From the NCBI GenBank assembly GCA_964427665.1, contig CAYRVL010000005.1:17443-79292 (forward strand): a stretch of 61,850 nt of DNA, read 5' to 3'. The position numbers were made by a program, and so were the translations under genes. Positions 56,798-61,850 of the stretch are shown piece after piece (position 1 is the first letter of the stretch; each line of letters opens with the position of its first letter). The notes beneath the pieces were generated by a model. It had not been told where the DNA came from. It ran no database searches and was given only the letters and a program-made list of their open reading frames with translations. Source of the stretch: an uncultured Fluviicola sp. GTDB lineage: Bacteria > Bacteroidota > Bacteroidia > Flavobacteriales_D > Crocinitomicaceae.

Positions 56798-57856
56798 TTA
56801 TTTAACTACTACGCGTTTAGCGGTAATAGATCCATCCGCATTCACAAAACGCAAGATGTAAACTCCTTTATCTTGTCCTAATCTTACTGTCATGGTAGCG
56901 TTTGTATTATTCGTGTATTTCGCTACGGTCTGACCCAAAGCGTTCACCACCAAAATTTCTTTAACGCTAGACACTCCCTTAACCGTTACCACACCTTCGG
57001 AAGTTGGGTTCGGGTATACAAACAATTCTTCTTGTTCTAAAGAACCAGCTGAAAGCGTGTTACAGTCACACGTGTGTTCACCTAAAGAGAACCAGTTTCC
57101 AAAAAGGATTGGGTTTCCGCTTCCACCAGAGATCGTATCGCCATTTCCGTCAAGCAAATAAGTTACAGCCGGAATGGTATCCCACTCACCTAGTGGATTG
57201 AAGAATGAAGGGTTTGCAACCACTCCTTTCAAAACGTTTGGCTTGCGGATCATCGAGTGATCAACTGTTGCCAAAACACCAACTCCTGTATTGTGCGGGA
57301 AACCAGTAGCCCAACCACCATCGTTGTTCGCTGTTGAACCACTTGAGTTAGCCGGATTCTCACCAATTTTTCCAAATACATCAATAATTTGGAAACCAGG
57401 AACGTTTGTTGGATTGATCACCGTTGTAGCAGTCAAACCTGTCAAGTTACCTTTTGCCAACAAGATCGCGTCATTTCCGTTCCAGTAGAAAGCGTTTGAC
57501 GTATTGTACACCGGAGAAAAGAATCCGTCAGCACGTGCTTGCAGAGAATCCCAAATTGGAGCTTCTTGCCCTTGTCCGTTCGGATCTAATTTTTCCAAAA
57601 CAGCTACGAACACATCTTTCGCTGCTACGGTACCCGAAAGTTGAACCGAATTCGCCACCGTTGCAGTAGCAGAACCGTTTGAATAACGGGCAACAAAATA
57701 TTCACTCAAGTTTACAGAAGCATTTGTCGGATTGTAGATCTCCAACGCTTTGTTGTTCGACCATCCTTCAACATACTCTGAAATAAAAATCTTGGAACAA
57801 TCCTGGCCATAAGCAAATGAAGCCATCATTCCACATACAAGTAACGCTTTTTTCAT
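56798..57856 (-). CDS. Lamin-tail-domain (LTD) protein with T9SS type-A CTD
   Basis: IFISEYVEGWSNNKALEIYNPT, WNGNDAI, IIDVFG; CTD VYPNPT...GVYILR...VVVK. Confidence 0.85.
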   Translation of the reverse strand: MKKALLVCGMMASFAYGQDCSKIFISEYVEGWSNNKALEIYNPTNASVNLSEYFVARYSNGSATATVANSVQLSGTVAAKDVFVAVLEKLDPNGQGQEAPIWDSLQARADGFFSPVYNTSNAFYWNGNDAILLAKGNLTGLTATTVINPTNVPGFQIIDVFGKIGENPANSSGSTANNDGGWATGFPHNTGVGVLATVDHSMIRKPNVLKGVVANPSFFNPLGEWDTIPAVTYLLDGNGDTISGGSGNPILFGNWFSLGEHTCDCNTLSAGSLEQEELFVYPNPTSEGVVTVKGVSSVKEILVVNALGQTVAKYTNNTNATMTVRLGQDKGVYILRFVNADGSITAKRVVVK

Positions 57857-58071
57857 ACTGAAAGGGTTATTAAGAAATTGTGTGTACTAATTGAACCAGG
57901 TAATGAAAACTCCCGCTTGTCTTTTTGACAAGTTAAGAACACCTTTCTGGCGAAAAATGCACTGTTCGGAAGGATCGTCATACGTTTTATTTCATCAATC
58001 TTCTGGTTTTATTTCTTCATGGTTTCAGTCTGTTTTTCACAGCATCAAGGAGAACATGAAGAAACTTGGTG

Positions 58072-58079
58072 CAAATGTA
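58072..58079 (-). promoter_or_regulatory. -7 element (TACATTTG) for the LTD/nuclease operon
   Basis: TAnnTTTG followed by CA, about 215 nt upstream of the LTD ATG. Confidence 0.5.
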
Positions 58080-58267
58080 AGACAAAATCACCCTTCATTC
58101 ATTACAGAATTGTTAACATTCCTAGAAGGTTTTTCACCACAATTCGCTTGTTTACAGTACAAAATCGATTTTGCACACGTGAAAAATTACATTTATAACG
58201 AATAGTGAAAAATCGAACAAATTGCGGCATGGGTTTTTCATTATTTTTGTTTCAAACACAAAACGCC

Positions 58268-60430
58268 ATGAAAATTTTCAGCATTTTCCTTTTTATCCTT
58301 GCCACTTACACTGGTTTTTCACAAGATCTGACCGTAGAGCGTATCTGGAAGAATTACGAATTCACATCCAAACGCATCGAGGGCTTCAATTCCTTGCCGG
58401 ATGGAGAACATTTTACCAAGATCGTGGAGGTGGCTGGTAGACAATCCCTGCAAAAGTTTGCTTTCAAAAAATTGAACGGGAAAGGCAGCGAATTGATCGA
58501 CCTCTCCGCCATTCAATTTGAAGGAAAAGAGCTCCCGATAGGTGACATCACCCTAAGTAAGTCAGGAAAACTGGCGATTATTATGCATACCATCACCCCG
58601 ATCTATCGCCGAAGTTACAATGCTCAGATTTTTGTGTACAATCTAGAAACCAAACAAGTCATTCCCCTACCCGGAACTGCGCCAAAAACGCTTCCCACCT
58701 TTTCCCCGGACGAACGCCTTTTAGCTTATGTTTCAGAAAACAATTTGTATGTACTGGACATCGCTACCGGAAAAACAAAAGCGCTAACTACTGATGGAAA
58801 GATCAATGAGATCATCAATGGTACCACCGATTGGGTGTATGAAGAAGAATTTGCCATTACGCAAGGTTTTGGCTGGGCGCCTGATTCGAAACACCTCGCC
58901 TTCTTGCGCTTCGACGAATCCAAAGTACGCGAATTCCAAATGGCGATGTACGGAAATTTGTACCCGGAACAATACACCTTTAAATACCCAAAAGCAGGCG
59001 AAGACAATTCCAAAGTGACCATGCACATCGTAAACACGGAATCCGGAGCAAAAAAGCAAGTTGACCTCGGAACATACGAATACATCCCGCGTTTTCAATG
59101 GTCGCCAGTAAACAATGAATTGATCGTATTGACCTTGAACCGCCATCAAAACGACTTGAAATACTTCTTGGTGAAAAATCCGGAAGCACCGGTGGCAACT
59201 GTTTTTTTCAATGAAAAGAACGAAACGTTTGTTGAGATCGACAATAATTTATTGGTTTTGAATGATGGAAAATCCTTGATCCGCACCTCCGAAGTAAGCG
59301 GTTACAATCATTTATATCAATTGTTTTTCGATGGCAAACAGCAGGCTATTACACGCGGAAACTGGGATGTCATTGAATTGTACGGTATTCAGGAGAAAAC
59401 AAACACCGTATTTTATGCGTCCGCAGAGAACGGAGCGATCTATCGCACGCTCTACTCCATTTCATTAAACGGTTCCAACAAGAAAGCCTTATCGGAGCTA
59501 ACCGGATCACATCATGCTGAATTTGCACAAGGATTCAATTATTTCGTCCGCACCTCATCCTCAGCGAATAAGCCGGAAACTTACGCTCTTTGTGATAAAA
59601 CAGGAAAACTCCTACAATTATTGGAGGACAATACCGTCTTAGTTCAAAAACTGAGCAAATTGAATCTGAGCACCAAGGAATTTATCAAAGTTCCGGGAGC
59701 AGCAGGAGAATTGAATGCCTGGATCATGAAGCCGACCAATTTCGACCCGAACAAAAAATATCCGGTTTTTTTCAATGTTTACTGCGGTCCGGGCTCGAAT
59801 ACCGTTTCGGATGAGTTCGAAGGTTTGAATTATATGTATCACCAATTATTATGTCAAAAAGGGTACGTGGTTCTTTCAGTTGACCCACGAGGCACCATGT
59901 ACCGCGGAGAAGCATTTAAAAAGAGTACCTACAAACAATTGGGTAAATTGGAAACGGAAGATCTGATCGCCGTTGCAAAACACGTGCAAACCTGGAACTA
60001 CGTTGATCCGGCGCGCATTGGGATCCAAGGCTGGAGTTACGGCGGATTTATGACAGCTTTGGCCATGACAAAAGGAGCAGATGTTTTCAAAACCGGTATT
60101 TCAATTGCGCCGGTGACCAATTGGAGATACTACGACAACATTTACACGGAACGCTACATGCAACTTCCACAAGAAAACGCATCCGGATACGATGATAATT
60201 CACCGGTGAACCACGTTTCAAAGTTGAAAGGCAATTTATTGTTGATCCACGGCTCTGCGGATGACAACGTACATTATCAAAACGCCATGGAGTTGATCAC
60301 GGCACTTGTAAAAGCCAACAAGCAATTCGACATGTTCATTTACCCGAACAAGAATCACGGTATCTACGGTGGGAATACACGCAATCACTTGTTTAACATG
60401 ATGTTGGATTACACCTTGAAAAATTTATAA
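58268..60430 (+). CDS. Dipeptidyl-peptidase IV (S9B)
   Basis: DWVYEEE, YPKAG, GWSYGG, DDNVH, HGIYGG. Confidence 0.95.
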   Translation: MKIFSIFLFILATYTGFSQDLTVERIWKNYEFTSKRIEGFNSLPDGEHFTKIVEVAGRQSLQKFAFKKLNGKGSELIDLSAIQFEGKELPIGDITLSKSGKLAIIMHTITPIYRRSYNAQIFVYNLETKQVIPLPGTAPKTLPTFSPDERLLAYVSENNLYVLDIATGKTKALTTDGKINEIINGTTDWVYEEEFAITQGFGWAPDSKHLAFLRFDESKVREFQMAMYGNLYPEQYTFKYPKAGEDNSKVTMHIVNTESGAKKQVDLGTYEYIPRFQWSPVNNELIVLTLNRHQNDLKYFLVKNPEAPVATVFFNEKNETFVEIDNNLLVLNDGKSLIRTSEVSGYNHLYQLFFDGKQQAITRGNWDVIELYGIQEKTNTVFYASAENGAIYRTLYSISLNGSNKKALSELTGSHHAEFAQGFNYFVRTSSSANKPETYALCDKTGKLLQLLEDNTVLVQKLSKLNLSTKEFIKVPGAAGELNAWIMKPTNFDPNKKYPVFFNVYCGPGSNTVSDEFEGLNYMYHQLLCQKGYVVLSVDPRGTMYRGEAFKKSTYKQLGKLETEDLIAVAKHVQTWNYVDPARIGIQGWSYGGFMTALAMTKGADVFKTGISIAPVTNWRYYDNIYTERYMQLPQENASGYDDNSPVNHVSKLKGNLLLIHGSADDNVHYQNAMELITALVKANKQFDMFIYPNKNHGIYGGNTRNHLFNMMLDYTLKNL

Positions 60431-60600
60431 GTCGATTGAATAGCTTTCAAACTATGCTAAAAAAATACCTAGGTAAACGATTGGTTTTGGACACATTTGC
60501 AATAGCAAAAAAAAAAATGCAAAACGGATACCTTGTTTAATTATTTCTTTAGTAATTTTAGTCCGACGATAAAAAAAGCTATTAAATATTACACAGCCTC

Positions 60601-61850
60601 ATGAGCGAAATTGCGAAAATAGAATTAGATGGGAAGGTATATGAGTTCCCGGTAATTGAAGGTACAGAGAACGAAAAGGCAATCGACATCACAAAACTGC
60701 GTCAGGTAACCGGATACATTACATTGGATTCTGGATACAAGAACACGGGGGCTACGATGAGTGCCATTACTTTCCTTGATGGTGAGGAAGGAATTTTGCG
60801 TTACCGTGGATATCCGATCGAACAATTGGCTGAAAAAGCGACTTTCTTGGAAGTTGCCTACTTGTTGATCTACGGCGAATTGCCTACGCAAGCTCAATTG
60901 GATGATTTCACCACGAACATCACCAAACACACCTTGGTTCATGAGGATATGAAGCAATTCTTTGAAGCATACCCGGCACAAGCACATCCGATGGGCGTAT
61001 TGTCGTCAATGGTATGTTCCCTGTCTACCTTCTATCCAGAGTCTTTGGACCCGAACAGAAGTGCCGACAAAAAGAACATGACGATCTTGCGTTTGTTGGC
61101 GAAATTGCCAACATTGGCTGCTTGGTCTTACAAGAACTCGATGCGTCACCCATTCATGTACCCGAAGAATGATTACGATTACTGTAAGAATTTCTTGCAC
61201 ATGATGTTTGCCATGCCAACTGAAAATTACGATATCGATCCGGTTGTCGTGGATGCATTGAACAAACTATTGATCTTACACGCTGATCACGAACAAAACT
61301 GTTCTACTTCTACAGTGCGCATCGTAGGTTCCTCTCAAGCCAATTTGTACGCTACCATTTCTGCTGGAATCTCAGCGTTGTGGGGTCCACTTCATGGTGG
61401 AGCGAACCAAGCGGTGATCGAAATGTTGGAAAAGATCCACAACGACGGTGGAGATGTTGACAAGTGGGTTGCAAAAGCGAAGGATAAAGACGATCCATTC
61501 CGTTTGATGGGCTTCGGACATCGCGTGTATAAAAATTTCGATCCGCGCGCAACGATCATTAAAAAAGCATGCGACGATGTATTGGAAAAATTGAACATCA
61601 ATGATCCGTTACTAGATATCGCGAAAAAATTGGAGAAATATGCCTTGGAAGATGAGTACTTCAAAGCGCGAAACTTGTATCCGAATGTTGATTTCTACTC
61701 CGGTATCATCTACAAAGCATTGGGTATCCCAACAGAGATGTTCACTGTCATGTTCGCTATTGGTCGCCTTCCTGGATGGATCGCTCAGTGGAAAGAAATG
61801 ACAGAAACTGGGGAACCGATCGGTCGACCACGTCAGATCTATACAGGAGC
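60601..61850 (+). CDS. gltA: Citrate synthase (type I); runs off the right edge
   Basis: Not in the ORF track. MSEIAKIELDG..., LRYRGYPIE, HPMG, HADHEQN, WGPLHGGAN, MGFGHRVYKNFDPR, YPNVDFYSG, GRPRQIYTG. Confidence 0.97.
   Translation, partial: MSEIAKIELDGKVYEFPVIEGTENEKAIDITKLRQVTGYITLDSGYKNTGATMSAITFLDGEEGILRYRGYPIEQLAEKATFLEVAYLLIYGELPTQAQLDDFTTNITKHTLVHEDMKQFFEAYPAQAHPMGVLSSMVCSLSTFYPESLDPNRSADKKNMTILRLLAKLPTLAAWSYKNSMRHPFMYPKNDYDYCKNFLHMMFAMPTENYDIDPVVVDALNKLLILHADHEQNCSTSTVRIVGSSQANLYATISAGISALWGPLHGGANQAVIEMLEKIHNDGGDVDKWVAKAKDKDDPFRLMGFGHRVYKNFDPRATIIKKACDDVLEKLNINDPLLDIAKKLEKYALEDEYFKARNLYPNVDFYSGIIYKALGIPTEMFTVMFAIGRLPGWIAQWKEMTETGEPIGRPRQIYTG

Noticed and set aside
57891-58205. 104-aa plus-strand ORF between the LTD and DPP-IV genes
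   Set aside because: TTG start, no recognisable features, and it spans the divergent promoter/leader region
60625-61664. Minus-strand ORFs in the track
   Set aside because: Antisense to the unmistakable gltA frame

Overview
Densely packed chromosomal segment of a Bacteroidota bacterium, most likely Flavobacteriales and Fluviicola/Crocinitomicaceae-like. This assignment is inferred from T9SS cargo proteins, porQ, TAnnTTTG promoters, pdhA-pdhC without pdhB, and A|Q signal-peptide cleavage sites. About 50 CDSs are present. I found no rRNA, tRNA, CRISPR array or transposase. Housekeeping genes include pdhA, pdhC, lpdA, gltA (partial), cmk, mazG, tag, a cold-shock protein, porQ and DPP-IV. Three loci stand out. 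(1) 15.0-21.9 kb: an operon behind a Fur-box-like palindrome, encoding a DUF4856 lipoprotein, an imelysin lipoprotein, a vitamin-K-dependent gamma-carboxylase (HTTM) homolog, a FecA-like TonB receptor and a translationally coupled Ser/Thr kinase. (2) 37.4-46.7 kb: two tandem 'small secreted partner + giant T9SS type-B adhesin' cassettes with shared stalks, different heads and a 104-bp near-identical patch. (3) 50.1-58.1 kb: a putative extracellular nucleic-acid utilisation locus (lamin-tail T9SS protein, TonB receptor, T9SS endonuclease I, split 5'-nucleotidase). Two genes carry single in-frame stop codons: the NYN-domain gene and the TonB receptor of locus 3. All family assignments come from motif recognition by eye, not from database searches.
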